Numbered from the stretch's first letter, positions 1 through 9,030 are shown. The stretch is 32,000 bases of DNA from Mucisphaera calidilacus (GCF_007748075.1 NZ_CP036280.1:2190001-2222000), one strand, 5' to 3'. Program-made: numbers and translations. Notes: generated from the letters alone by a model not told the origin.

Positions 1-436
1 CCTCCTCCCGCCACACCATCAGGTCCTTGAGCGTCGCGTCAAGCGTGTGCTCGCCATGCAGCCGGTGGTGCACCACCTCAATATTGTCCACGAGGCAGAC
101 CAGCACATCCGGCTTGAGCAAACGGATCTGATCGAAATCGAACGCCGAGAACAAGCCGTGACGCCAGCGGAACGTCGCGTGCGTGTTCACGATCACGTTC
201 CGCTGACCCGACGATTCACTGATGATGTCCTTCATCGCCGAGCGACGCAGCGCGTGCAGCCGTGACAACGGCAGGTCCAGAATCCGGCCCGGTCGGACAT
301 CCGGAGCCTCCCGGTACATCCGGTCACCCACGTTGTACAGCTCGATCGTCTCCCCACGCTCTCCGGCCAGACGAACCACAGCCTCCAGATAAGCCTTCTT
401 GTCCATCCCCACCTGACCGGTCACCACAACGCGCAT
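1..436 (-). CDS. Partial CDS (C-terminus lies outside the window): nucleotide-kinase-fold protein resembling archaeal-type adenylate kinase (AdkA-like) with a degenerate P-loop
   Basis: Hand translation of the minus strand from ATG at 436-434 is open to the window edge. It reads MRVVVTGQVGMDKKAYLEAVVRLAGERGETIELYNVGDRMYREAP...VIVNTHATFRWRHGLF...KPDVLVCLVDNIEVVHHRL. The layout (VVVTG-P-loop position, NVG..M, V.V.TH.., hydrophobic strand + D/E) recalls AdkA from memory. The Walker A position reads GQVGMDKK rather than GxxGxGK[ST]. Codons follow the NNG/NNT dialect expected for a real minus-strand gene in this half. It is absent from the ORF track because it is truncated. Confidence 0.6.
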   Translation of the reverse strand, partial: MRVVVTGQVGMDKKAYLEAVVRLAGERGETIELYNVGDRMYREAPDVRPGRILDLPLSRLHALRRSAMKDIISESSGQRNVIVNTHATFRWRHGLFSAFDFDQIRLLKPDVLVCLVDNIEVVHHRLHGEHTLDATLKDLMVWREE

Positions 437-577
437 AAAGTCTTCCTCAATAGAACATGCCACCTCGAAAACGCGAGTATACGCGGTTCAGAGACAACAG
501 TACGCACCGACACTTTCAAGCTATGATGGACGGTCGGACCCGACGCTACGCCATCTTCCACGTAAGGGGATCGAATC

Positions 578-1612
578 ATGCTCCAACTCGCTCAGACCGC
601 CACCCAGCTCATCTTCGGCGTCATCATCATCGTCCTGCTCGTGGCCGTCATCATCATCCTCGGCTTCATGCTCCGCTACCTCAACCTCTGGCTCCAAGCC
701 GCACTCTCCAAGGCCTACGTCGGATTCAGCGAGATCATCGGCATGACCTTCCGGAAGGTAAACCCCACCATCATCGTCAACAGCCGGATCATGGCCAAGA
801 AAGCCGGGCTCGACATCTCCACCGCACAACTCGAAACCCACTACCTCGCCCGAGGCGACGTCCCCCGCGTCGCCCGCGCCATGATCGCCGCCGACCGCGC
901 CAGCATCGAGCTCCCCTGGGACAAGGCCTGCGCCATCGACCTCGCCGGCCGTGACATCCTCGAGGCCGTCCAGACCTCCGTGAACCCCAAGGTCATCGAC
1001 TGCCCCAACCCCGCTTCCGGCAAGACCACCGTCGACGCCATCGCACAGGACGGCATCCAGCTCAAGGCAAAGGCACGCGTCACCGTCCGCGCTAACCTCG
1101 CACGACTCATCGGCGGCGCTACCGAAGAAACCATCATCGCCCGCGTCGGCGAGGGCATCGTCACCACCATCGGCTCCGCCGGATCCCACAAGGCCGTCCT
1201 CGAAAACCCCGACCGCATCTCCAAGGTCGTCCTCGACAAGGGCCTCGACTCCGGCACCGCCTTCGAGATCCTCTCTATCGACATCGCCGATATCGACGTC
1301 GGCGACAACATCGGCGCCAAGCTCCAGGCCGATCAGGCCGAGGCCGACAAGCGACGCTTCCAGGCCGAAGCCGAAAAGAAACGCGCCATGGCCGTCGCCA
1401 CCGAGCAGGAGAACAAGGCCGGCATCGAGGCCAACCGTGCCAAGGTCGTCCTCGCCGAAGCCCAGATCCCCCAGGCCATCGCCGACGCCTTCCGCTCCGG
1501 CAACCTCGGCATCATGGACTACTACAAGCTCCGCAACATCCAGGCCGACACCGACATGCGTTCCTCCATCGCCGGCGAACCCGATCCCAAGAAATCCGAC
1601 ACCAGCTCCTGA
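578..1612 (+). CDS. floA: Flotillin-like protein FloA (UPF0365/YqfA family, SPFH domain)
   Basis: 344-aa ORF with an N-terminal TM helix ([19 protein letters not shown]). It carries the characteristic FloA core ([71 protein letters not shown]) and a C-terminal Ala/Glu/Lys-rich coiled coil. AAGGGGA Shine-Dalgarno lies about 8 nt upstream. Confidence 0.9.
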   Translation: MLQLAQTATQLIFGVIIIVLLVAVIIILGFMLRYLNLWLQAALSKAYVGFSEIIGMTFRKVNPTIIVNSRIMAKKAGLDISTAQLETHYLARGDVPRVARAMIAADRASIELPWDKACAIDLAGRDILEAVQTSVNPKVIDCPNPASGKTTVDAIAQDGIQLKAKARVTVRANLARLIGGATEETIIARVGEGIVTTIGSAGSHKAVLENPDRISKVVLDKGLDSGTAFEILSIDIADIDVGDNIGAKLQADQAEADKRRFQAEAEKKRAMAVATEQENKAGIEANRAKVVLAEAQIPQAIADAFRSGNLGIMDYYKLRNIQADTDMRSSIAGEPDPKKSDTSS

Positions 1613-1635
1613 ACCCGAACCCGCAGCACACGCCA

Positions 1636-1665
1636 ACACGGACGCTCAGGCGTCCGTGTTTTTTT
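1636..1665 (+). terminator. Rho-independent terminator downstream of floA
   Basis: Perfect 10-bp stem ACACGGACGC (1636-1645) / GCGTCCGTGT (1650-1659) with a TCAG loop, followed by a T7 run (1659-1665). It overlaps the last codons of the convergent GTPase gene. Confidence 0.75.
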
Positions 1666-2689
1666 GTCCCGCCAAAGCTCGCAGCTCATCACAGAACGCC
1701 CAACGCCGCCCCATCATCTCCCGCCAGTCCGCCCCAAACCCCAGACACCCCAGCACCGCCGAGCGCAACACATCCATCCCCGCGCCCGTCGCAGCACTCA
1801 CCGCCACTACCTCCGATCCCAGACCCGCCGGCACACCCAGATCCGACTTGTTCATTACCCGCACGTCCGGCTCCCTCGGTAGAACAGCCGCCTCCGGCCA
1901 GTCCACCTCCGGGTCACGCACCGACACCAGCACCGCCGCACCCTCAAGCACCGGCCGGACACGCTCGATCGCCTCCGACTCCACCGCGTCACGCGTCTCG
2001 CGCAGACCCGGGCTGTCCACCCACCGCACCACGACTGCCTCGTGCCCCGCATCGCCAAGCTTCAGCGACACCGTCGCACCCACCCAGTCACGCGTCGTCC
2101 CCGCCTCCTCCGACGCCAACGCCGCACGACGACCCGCCAGTTGATTCAACAGCGTGCTCTTGCCCACGTTCGGCCGACCCACCACCGCCACCGTCGCCGG
2201 CACCACCAGCCGATCCAGCACCGCCGATCGCCGACGCACCACCTCCGAGTCCTCCTCCTCGCCCCGCCACGCCTCGTGCTGTCCCGCCAGAAAATCCACC
2301 GCCAGCGGACTCGCCGCTCGCCCCATCGTCAGCAACGCAAGCGCCTCAACCTCCGACCGCGCCTCCGGGAACTGCCCCAGCGCATCCACCTCCCCCACCA
2401 CAACGCCCGCCATCGCCCCGCACACCGACATCAACCGACGCACCACCGCACGCCCGCCGTGGGGCATCACCCACCCGATCAACCGCCCATCCTCACGACA
2501 CTCTGCAACCACCAGACCCTCGTCCACGCCCGCCAGCGACCGCAGCCGCAGACAGCCGTCAGCCTCCTCCACACGCCCCGTCAGGTCACCCAGAACCTCC
2601 AGCACCCCGTAGCCATCGAGCACCAGCAGCGCCACAGGCCCCGCCTGCGCCGCCGTCGCCTCCGTGATCGTCGTCAAACCCGTCTTCAC
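1646..2689 (-). CDS. TRAFAC-class GTPase, short MnmE/TrmE-like
   Basis: 347 aa. G1 is [10 protein letters not shown]2 is GTTRD, G3 is DSPG(LRE), and G4 is NKSD. The N-terminal part has MnmE-N-like features (DEGLVV...PHGG). There is no C-terminal CxGK motif, and it is about 100 aa shorter than typical MnmE. Its start overlaps the stop of the upstream membrane-protein gene by 4 nt. Confidence 0.7.
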   Translation of the reverse strand: MKTGLTTITEATAAQAGPVALLVLDGYGVLEVLGDLTGRVEEADGCLRLRSLAGVDEGLVVAECREDGRLIGWVMPHGGRAVVRRLMSVCGAMAGVVVGEVDALGQFPEARSEVEALALLTMGRAASPLAVDFLAGQHEAWRGEEEDSEVVRRRSAVLDRLVVPATVAVVGRPNVGKSTLLNQLAGRRAALASEEAGTTRDWVGATVSLKLGDAGHEAVVVRWVDSPGLRETRDAVESEAIERVRPVLEGAAVLVSVRDPEVDWPEAAVLPREPDVRVMNKSDLGVPAGLGSEVVAVSAATGAGMDVLRSAVLGCLGFGADWREMMGRRWAFCDELRALAGQKNTDA

Positions 2690-3165
2690 AGTCGCTTGCT
2701 ATGCGAGATCGAGAACTCTGGCAAGCGCGTGTTCATCGGGATCCCCCGCGGATAACCCACAGCCAGCACCAGCAACGCCACCAGACCATACCCCCAGAAG
2801 ACGGAAACAGGCGGCCGCGCAAACAGCATCAGACCCCCCGCCGCCACGATCCCCGTCAACTCCACCAGCAGAAACACCCGGGTACCCCGCACAAAACCCA
2901 TCGGCGTCACCGCCTGACCCACCCAGTGACGCTTGAACACCTGCATCCGGACCAACGCCCCCACCGGCGCACTCAACGCCACCAACCCGAACGAGGCGAC
3001 CACCAGAAAACGATTCGTCCGGTCTCCCGACCACAGCAACTGATCCGCCCACGCAAAGCCCCAGACCGCCGAAACCGCCAGAACCACGCAGAAAAACCAG
3101 AACTTGCGGGCAGAAGCACGAGCCTCATGCTTCGAGGGCTGCTGCATAACCACTGATTCGGACAC
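2686..3165 (-). CDS. Hypothetical integral membrane protein (about 4 TM helices)
   Basis: 159-aa ORF with hydrophobic segments ([71 protein letters not shown]). NNG/NNT codon dialect fits a minus-strand gene here. It is translationally coupled to the downstream GTPase. No family recognised. Confidence 0.6.
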   Translation of the reverse strand: MSESVVMQQPSKHEARASARKFWFFCVVLAVSAVWGFAWADQLLWSGDRTNRFLVVASFGLVALSAPVGALVRMQVFKRHWVGQAVTPMGFVRGTRVFLLVELTGIVAAGGLMLFARPPVSVFWGYGLVALLVLAVGYPRGIPMNTRLPEFSISHSKRL

Positions 3166-3182
3166 TCACCTATCCCGCTTGA

Positions 3183-3962
3183 TCACGATTCCTCTCGACC
3201 GCGTTCAAGCGCCACACGCAACGTGACCTCCAACCCCATCAACGTCAGATCCGGAACAATCCGATCAACCAGATCCCACTCGCGGAACAACAGATCCGCG
3301 TCGCCACCCGTCGCCACCACCAGCGGGTACTGGCCCGCCGCATCCGCAAAACGCTCCACCAACTCACGCACCGCCCCACGCTGGCCGTAATAAACGCCCG
3401 ACAGCATCGCCTCAACCGTCGAATGACCAACCGTCTCCGTCGGCCGACTCAACTCCACCTCGGGCAGCAACGCCGTCCGCTGCGTCAGGCTGTCCAGCAT
3501 CAACTGAGCACCCGGCAGGATCGCGCCGCCGTGAAACGTCCCCGCACCATCCACCAGGTCCACCGTCATCGCCGTCCCCGCATCCACGATCACCGCCGCC
3601 TGCTTGAGCACGTCAAACGCGCCCGCCGCGTTCAGCAACCGGTCCTCACCCACCAGCGCCTCCGGGTCCAGCTGCCGACCGATCGGGATCGGCAGGTCAC
3701 GCTCCACCCGGTAAAGCGGACGCCCCAGCCCCTGCAACTCCGTCTCCATCTGAGACGACACCGCCGGATTCACCGACGACATCACCACCGGCGCCTCGGC
3801 GTGGTCGCGCAGCGGACGGGCCGCATCCTTCACCGAATCCATCACACGCGTGTGCCGCTCGTTGATGAACGTCGCCGACTCAACCAGCTTCCCGTCCACG
3901 TAAGCACCAACCCGCGTTCGGGTGTTGCCAACACTCACTGCAAGAAGATTCGCTCGCGTCAT
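3183..3962 (-). CDS. coaX: Type III pantothenate kinase (CoaX)
   Basis: Motifs LLAVSVGNTRTRVG, VVMSSVNP, VDAGTAMTVDLVD, GGAILPG, LLPEV, GHST.EAM.SG and VVATGGDA are present. I place the start at the internal ATG 3962 (MTRANLL...). The 301-aa track ORF running to 4088 would overlap obg and adds a Trp/Cys/Arg-rich non-protein-like extension. Confidence 0.85.
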   Translation of the reverse strand: MTRANLLAVSVGNTRTRVGAYVDGKLVESATFINERHTRVMDSVKDAARPLRDHAEAPVVMSSVNPAVSSQMETELQGLGRPLYRVERDLPIPIGRQLDPEALVGEDRLLNAAGAFDVLKQAAVIVDAGTAMTVDLVDGAGTFHGGAILPGAQLMLDSLTQRTALLPEVELSRPTETVGHSTVEAMLSGVYYGQRGAVRELVERFADAAGQYPLVVATGGDADLLFREWDLVDRIVPDLTLMGLEVTLRVALERGREES

Positions 3963-4005
3963 CGGTGCACATCTTAACCCAACGCCCCAACACCTGACGC
4001 CGACC

Positions 4006-5031
4006 TCAGCGACCCCATCCCTCCGAGGCTTGAGCATCACGCCCCAGACTCGGCCACACCCGCTCAAGCAACGCACCCACACCCGCACGCGTCGCGCTGC
4101 TCACCGTCTCAACACGACAACCGATCAGCCCCTCAACCTCCGCCGCAAACACCGGGGCATCGTCACCCCACAGATCCGTCTTGCTCAACGCCACCACCTC
4201 GTGCTTCGACGCCAACGCCTCCGAGTAATCCGACAACTCACCGCGAATCGTGCGGTACGCCGCCGCACAAACCTCCGGGTCGCCCGACTCGCACGAGATC
4301 AGGTGCACCAGCACACGCGTCCGCTCCACGTGCCGTAGAAAACGACTCCCCAGACCGTGCCCGCCCGCAGCCCCCTCGATCAGACCCGGAAGGTCCGCGA
4401 TCACCATACGACGACCACCCGAAATCTCCGCAATCCCCAACTGCGGCTCCAGCGTCGTGAACGGATAATTCGCGATCTTGGGCGTCGCCCGACTCACCGA
4501 CGACAGAAAAGTCGACTTGCCCGCGTTCGGCAGCCCCACCAGCCCCACGTCCGCAATCAGCCTCAGCTCAAGCCGCAGCGTCCGCTCCACCGCCTCCTCA
4601 CCCGGTGTCGCCTCCCTCGGCACCTGATTCGTCGGCGTCGCGAAACGGATATTCCCGTAACCCCCCTTCCCACCCTGCGCAACCACCAGCTCATCGCCCA
4701 CCCGAACCAGATCACCCAGGCACTGACCCGTCACATCGTCGTACAACACCGTGCCCGCCGGCAGCCGCAACACGCAATCCTTCCCGTTCTTCCCGTCGCA
4801 GTCACGCGACCCGCCCGGCTCGCCATCCTCCGCGTACCAGTGATGCCGACCCGAAAAATCCATCAGCGTGTCCACACCCTCCGCTGCCAACGCCACCACC
4901 GAACCCCCGTCGCCCCCATCGCCCCCGTCCGGACCACCCTTGGCCACGTACTTCTCCCGCCGGAAACTCACCCGGCCGTCGCCCCCCTTGCCGCTCCGGA
5001 TCATGATCACAGCCTGATCAACAAACATCAC
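4006..5031 (-). CDS. obg: GTPase Obg/CgtA
   Basis: N-terminal Obg fold signature MFVDQAVIMIRSGKGGDGRVSFRREKYVAKGGPDGGDGGDGGSVV. G domain has GLPNAGKSTF, DLPGLIEGA and SKTD. It sits in the classic position downstream of rpmA. Confidence 0.95.
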   Translation of the reverse strand: MMFVDQAVIMIRSGKGGDGRVSFRREKYVAKGGPDGGDGGDGGSVVALAAEGVDTLMDFSGRHHWYAEDGEPGGSRDCDGKNGKDCVLRLPAGTVLYDDVTGQCLGDLVRVGDELVVAQGGKGGYGNIRFATPTNQVPREATPGEEAVERTLRLELRLIADVGLVGLPNAGKSTFLSSVSRATPKIANYPFTTLEPQLGIAEISGGRRMVIADLPGLIEGAAGGHGLGSRFLRHVERTRVLVHLISCESGDPEVCAAAYRTIRGELSDYSEALASKHEVVALSKTDLWGDDAPVFAAEVEGLIGCRVETVSSATRAGVGALLERVWPSLGRDAQASEGWGR

Positions 5032-5042
5032 GCCTCGCCATC

Positions 5043-5073
5043 AAAAAACCCGACCGGCGCCGGGCCGATCGGG
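5043..5073 (-). terminator. Candidate intrinsic terminator/attenuator between rpmA and obg
   Basis: On the minus strand the sequence is CCCGATCGGCCCGGCGCCGGTCGGG followed by TTTTTT. The outer stem is CCCGA/TCGGG and the inner palindrome is CCGGCGCCGG. It lies 51 nt after the rpmA stop. Confidence 0.5.
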
Positions 5074-5123
5074 TGTTGCACTTCCTGTATGAGCCGATCC
5101 GGCTCACCATCCCGCCGCCACGC

Positions 5124-5366
5124 TCACGCGTCCGAACGGATGTGAACCTTGCGGCCCTGAAACTCCACCACGCCATCCGCCAACGCGAACAGCGTGTCGT
5201 CCTTGCCCATACCCACCTGGTAGCCCGCCTTGAACTTCGTGCCGCACTGGCGAACGATGATCGAGCCGACCTTCGCCTTCTGGCCGCCATAAAGCTTGAT
5301 CCCGCGGAACTGCGGGTTCGAATCACGCCCGTTCTTGGTCGAGCCCTGGCCTTTTTTATGTGCCAT
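5124..5366 (-). CDS. rpmA: 50S ribosomal protein L27
   Basis: [69 protein letters not shown] is a near-consensus L27. The start is set at the internal ATG 5366. The 120-aa track ORF is an upstream read-through. Confidence 0.95.
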   Translation of the reverse strand: MAHKKGQGSTKNGRDSNPQFRGIKLYGGQKAKVGSIIVRQCGTKFKAGYQVGMGKDDTLFALADGVVEFQGRKVHIRSDA

Positions 5367-5417
5367 CTGTCTGCTCCAGCATGAACGCCAGTCTTCGCAA
5401 TGCTCAGCCGGCGGGAA

Positions 5418-5444
5418 TTCCGGGTCTTTCCGGGACATTCCGGG
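5418..5444. repeat. Three direct TTCCGGG heptamers spaced exactly 10 bp apart in the rpmA upstream region
   Basis: TTCCGGG occurs at 5418-5424, 5428-5434 and 5438-5444 (gaaTTCCGGGtctTTCCGGGacaTTCCGGGg). This is 52-78 nt upstream of the rpmA ATG on the opposite strand. Confidence 0.8.
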
Positions 5445-5769
5445 GTTAATCAGGAACTTCTGTCGAGCCACACAGTGTAAATCCAACGGCCACAGGGATC
5501 AAGCCCAGCCGCCACAAACCCTCTCCACAAAGGTCCATTTCGTGTGGATAGCCGAATCCAACCCGCCCAACGGGTTGCAGGGGGTCATAGGCCAGCTTAG
5601 ACTCCGCCCACGCGGTGACTTGCTGAAATTGGCAGCAGATCGGAGCTTGCCAAACGGTCACCATGGATTCCCTCTTAAGAAGGTAGTCTTGCTTCAGCGA
5701 TCCGCCGAATCAGTAGTCCACGGTCCGGCGGCAGTTAAGCCCGCCAGATCGCAGTCCGACGGAGGCCCA

Positions 5770-8700
5770 GTGTTGCGACGTCGCTCTCTCGTTCTCGCCG
5801 TTACGTTCATCCCCTTCCTCTGGTTCGGAAATTCCGCCCCAGCCCAGGATGACTTCCCGACCGCCGCAGAATTGCTCCAGCAGGGAGTCCAGCAGCTCGA
5901 AGCAGGTGATGCCGACGCAGCCAGGGAAACCCTCGGCAGCGTTGATCGCATGCAGCTCAGCCGCGACGACCGACAACTGCTCGATCAGGCGCTACGCGAC
6001 GTCGAAACCGGTCAGGTCACCGTCAGCTCCACGCCCACGCAGGAGCAAACGGCCGACGAGCAGCCCGAGCCCGTTGAGGAAGCGCAGCCCGCGCCGCCCA
6101 CGCCCGAGCAGCTCCTCGCCCAGGCCGACGAGGACGCACTCGCCAGCGACGAGGCAAGGCAGCGACAGGCCCTCGACGCCTACGTCGAACTCATGAACAA
6201 CGAAGAGGCCAGCCTCGACGTCCGGTCTCTCGCCGCCGCACGGCACGCCCAACTCCGACGCAAGCTCAACGCCGACCTCACCGCCGCCCGACGCAGCCTC
6301 GACATGGCCGCTCAGGACATCCGCGAGGGACGCATCGCCGACGGACAGCGCAAACTCGACGACCTCGACGCCAGTGGCGTCGATCTCACATGGTTCGACC
6401 GGCACCGCATGGACGCGCTCCGCGCCGAGATCGCCAGCGTCGAAGTCGCCGCCGCCGAACAACCCACCCCCGACATGCCGGCGCCCATCGTCGACCAGCC
6501 CCAGACCGAAACACCCTCCAACGACCTCATCCAGCAGGCTCGCAAGATCCTCTCCCAGGAGAAGTTCGCCGAGGGACAGCAGGCACAACGCGAAGGCCAG
6601 CTCGCCCTCGCCGCCCGTCTTTATGAAGAGGCCATCGTCCTCGACCCCAGCAACGTCGAGGCCCAGCAGGCCCTCCCCGCCGTCACCGCCGCGCTCGCCA
6701 GCGACCAGAGCCAGCAGCAGGCCCTCTCACGCGACGCCGAATACCGCCGTCTACGCGTCGAGCAGGCCATCGCCGGCTACGACCAGAACATCAACGAGGC
6801 CAACAGCGCCGCCGCATCTCTCAACTACGCCGCCGCCCTCGACGCCGTCGGCCGAGCCCAGCAGGAACTCGACCGCAACCGCACATGGATCCCGCCGTCG
6901 CAGCTCAAGGACCTCCGCCAGGAGGCCACCGACATGCAGGCCGCCCTCCTCGCACAGCGGGCACGCCACGAGGCCGAGCTGATCGCACAGACCGAGGCCA
7001 AACGACAACGCGAGCAGGAACTCGACCGACTCCGCGAACTCGAAACCCTCCGCAAGCAGGTCGACGAACTGCTCATCCGAGCCCACGAACTCAACGCCAG
7101 CCAGAACTACGACGAGGCCCTCAAGGTCGTCGACCAGGCACAGTTCATCCAGCCCAACAGCATCCCCGCCGAACTCCTCCGCTCGATCATCGTCAACAAC
7201 CGCGTCCTCGTGAAGTCGCGAACCTACGACCGACGCCGACGCGAGGCCATGCTCAACCTCTCGCTCGAAGCACGGGAACGCATGATCCCCAGCTCCGAAC
7301 CGATGGTCTACCCCGAAGACTGGCCGCAGATCACCCAGCGACGTCTCGACAACCTCCCCGGCGGCGGCGACACCGAAGCCACCCGTGAGACCCTCGAGCA
7401 GATCCGCAAGCAGATCTCCGTCACCTTCGACCAGAACACCCTCGAGTCCGTCATCGACGCACTCGTCCTCCAGACCGGCGCCAACTTCTTCGTGAACTGG
7501 CCCGCACTCGAGGCCATCGGCATCGACCGCGACTCCCTCGTCAGCCTCAACCTCACCAACGTCTCCGCAGAACGCGTCCTCGCACTCGTCCTCCAGCAAC
7601 TCTCAACCGACTTCGACCCCCTGACCTTCTCCGTCATCGACGGCGTCGTCAACATCTCCACCGAACTCGACCTCCGCTCACAGTCGGTCATCCGCGTCTA
7701 CGACATCCGGGACCTCCTCGTCCAGATCCCCAACTTCACCGGCGCTCCCGACTTCGACCTCGCCCAGGCCCTCGAGTCCGCCGACGGCGGCTCCAGCGTC
7801 TTCTCCGAGGGCGACGAGGAAAACGACGACGACGAACAGCTCCGCGAAGAAGCCATCGAGGACATCATCACCCTCGTCCAGGAATCAGTCGGCAACGCCG
7901 ACGAATGGCTCAACCTCGAATCCACCGTCCAGGAACTCAACGGCCAGCTGATTATCCGTACCAGCTACGAGAACCACCGCCAGGCCGCCAAACTCCTCGA
8001 CGACATCCGAGAGGCACGCTCCAGCCAGATCACCGTCGAAGCACGCCTGATGCTCGTCAACGAGGACTTCCTCGAGGACATCGGCATCGACCTCGACTTC
8101 CGCATCAACAACCTCGGCTCCAACTACACCTCACTCTCCGTCGCCCAGGACTCCGCTACCGTCGCTCAGCCCGTCGGCTCCGACATCACACCCAGCGGAT
8201 TCGTCCCCTCGCGTACGCTCGGCGACATCTTCACACCCATCTCGGGCACCAACCCCGCTATCTCACCCACAGGCTTCGCCTCCACCAGCCGAGCCCTCGA
8301 AATGGGCGTTGCCTACATCGACGACCTCGAAGTCAACCTCCTCGTCCGGGCCACACAGAGCCACAGACGTTCCATCACTCTCACCGCACCCCATGTGACC
8401 TTCGCCAACGGTCAGCGGGCCTACATCTACGTCGCACGACAGGTCAGCTTCATCTCCGATCTCGACGTCGTCTCCGACGCCGCCGCCCTCGACCCCACCG
8501 TCGACGTCTTCTCCACCGGCGTCATCCTCGACGTCGAAGGCACCATCTCCGCCGATCGACGCTACGTCACACTCACGCTCCGGCCCAGCCTCAGCTCGCT
8601 CATCGACATCCGTCAGATCGAGTTCGTCGGCACCGCCCAGCCCAACACCAACAACAACGACGACAACAACAACGACATCCTCGTCAGCGGCACCCAGGAA

Positions 8701-9003
8701 CTCCCCGAACTCGAGGTCACACAGATCCGAGCCACCGTCTCCATCCCCGACCGCGGAACCCTCCTCGTCGGCGGCCAGCGGCTCATCGGCGAAACCGAAA
8801 TCGAGTCAGGCGTCCCCGTCCTCTCCAAGATCCCCGTCATCAAGCGGCTCTTCTCCAACACCTCCACCGTCAAGGACGAACGAACGCTCCTCGTCCTCGT
8901 CAAGCCCACCATCATCATCCTCAACGAAGAAGAAGAACTCCGCTTCCCGGGCCTGCTCCAGGACCCCGACCTCTTCAACGAAGGACGCGGACAGGGCTTC
9001 TGA
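5770..9003 (+). CDS. Secretin-family outer-membrane channel (GspD/PilQ superfamily) with a long coiled-coil/TPR-like N-terminal extension
   Basis: The C-terminal third has secretin hallmarks: ITVEARLMLVNEDFLEDIGIDL, VNLLVRATQSHRRSITLTAPHVTFANGQ, GVILDVEGTISADRRYVTLTLRP and IPDRGTLLVGGQ....E.GVPVLSKIPVIKRLFSNTS...ERTLLVLVKPTII. An STN/N0-like module (VTFDQNTLESVIDALVLQTGANFFVNW) precedes it. I place the start at GTG 5770, 4 nt after GGAGG, which gives the signal-like peptide (M)LRRRSLVLAVTFIPFLWFGNSAPAQDD. The track ORF from 5296 overlaps rpmA on the other strand and has no internal Met before this point. Confidence 0.85.
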   Translation: MLRRRSLVLAVTFIPFLWFGNSAPAQDDFPTAAELLQQGVQQLEAGDADAARETLGSVDRMQLSRDDRQLLDQALRDVETGQVTVSSTPTQEQTADEQPEPVEEAQPAPPTPEQLLAQADEDALASDEARQRQALDAYVELMNNEEASLDVRSLAAARHAQLRRKLNADLTAARRSLDMAAQDIREGRIADGQRKLDDLDASGVDLTWFDRHRMDALRAEIASVEVAAAEQPTPDMPAPIVDQPQTETPSNDLIQQARKILSQEKFAEGQQAQREGQLALAARLYEEAIVLDPSNVEAQQALPAVTAALASDQSQQQALSRDAEYRRLRVEQAIAGYDQNINEANSAAASLNYAAALDAVGRAQQELDRNRTWIPPSQLKDLRQEATDMQAALLAQRARHEAELIAQTEAKRQREQELDRLRELETLRKQVDELLIRAHELNASQNYDEALKVVDQAQFIQPNSIPAELLRSIIVNNRVLVKSRTYDRRRREAMLNLSLEARERMIPSSEPMVYPEDWPQITQRRLDNLPGGGDTEATRETLEQIRKQISVTFDQNTLESVIDALVLQTGANFFVNWPALEAIGIDRDSLVSLNLTNVSAERVLALVLQQLSTDFDPLTFSVIDGVVNISTELDLRSQSVIRVYDIRDLLVQIPNFTGAPDFDLAQALESADGGSSVFSEGDEENDDDEQLREEAIEDIITLVQESVGNADEWLNLESTVQELNGQLIIRTSYENHRQAAKLLDDIREARSSQITVEARLMLVNEDFLEDIGIDLDFRINNLGSNYTSLSVAQDSATVAQPVGSDITPSGFVPSRTLGDIFTPISGTNPAISPTGFASTSRALEMGVAYIDDLEVNLLVRATQSHRRSITLTAPHVTFANGQRAYIYVARQVSFISDLDVVSDAAALDPTVDVFSTGVILDVEGTISADRRYVTLTLRPSLSSLIDIRQIEFVGTAQPNTNNNDDNNNDILVSGTQELPELEVTQIRATVSIPDRGTLLVGGQRLIGETEIESGVPVLSKIPVIKRLFSNTSTVKDERTLLVLVKPTIIILNEEEELRFPGLLQDPDLFNEGRGQGF

Positions 9004-9030
9004 TCCCGACACAACCACCGCACACACCCC

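Noticed and set aside
457-954. Long + strand ORFs rich in Pro/Arg/His/Thr across the left 23 kb (for example 457..954, 2042..2755, 9515..11203, 12274..12915, 15824..16618, 21386..22510)
   Set aside because: They overlap well-supported genes in other frames or on the other strand. Their composition is simply what C/A-rich DNA reads as. They have no domain-like sequence and are shadow ORFs produced by high GC plus extreme skew.
521-1639. Long - strand ORFs rich in Gly/Val/Asp/Glu/Ala on the left (for example 521..1639, 6751..7599, 11666..12736, 12767..13711, 14065..15051, 15000..15779, 16137..17312, 17105..17785)
   Set aside because: They are antisense to clear genes (floA, secretin, TPR, kdsB, pcrA and others). 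Their low-complexity composition is dictated by the G-rich complementary strand.
3963-4088. N-terminal extensions of track ORFs: coaX to 4088, rpmA to 5486, trpS from 17553, secretin from 5296, HEAT from 27981, fliD to 22807
   Set aside because: The extensions overlap neighbouring genes or promoters and have non-protein-like composition. Conserved N-termini begin at internal starts that have Shine-Dalgarno sequences.
5314-5324. GGGTTCGAATC, a tRNA T-arm-like string
   Set aside because: It lies inside rpmA (antisense of the conserved [11 protein letters not shown] codons). The flanks do not form a T-stem or the rest of a cloverleaf.
5543-5551. TGTGGATAG, an 8/9 match to a DnaA box
   Set aside because: It is a single isolated copy 18 kb from the skew flip, so it is not evidence for oriC on its own. 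I kept it only as a note within the rpmA-leader finding.
5446-5664. 72-aa minus-strand ORF upstream of rpmA, in the position where rplU (L21) would be expected
   Set aside because: The translation (MVTVWQAPICCQFQQ...) has no similarity to L21. It is Cys/Trp-rich, and neither other frame encodes L21.
5367-5769. Possible RNase P RNA, SRP RNA, tmRNA or 6S RNA in the 400-nt gap
   Set aside because: Strings such as CGGAAAGACCCGG and CGACAGAAG only superficially resemble RNase P P4 elements and are in the wrong order. There is no SRP domain IV motif and no tmRNA termini. I cannot support any known ncRNA by eye.
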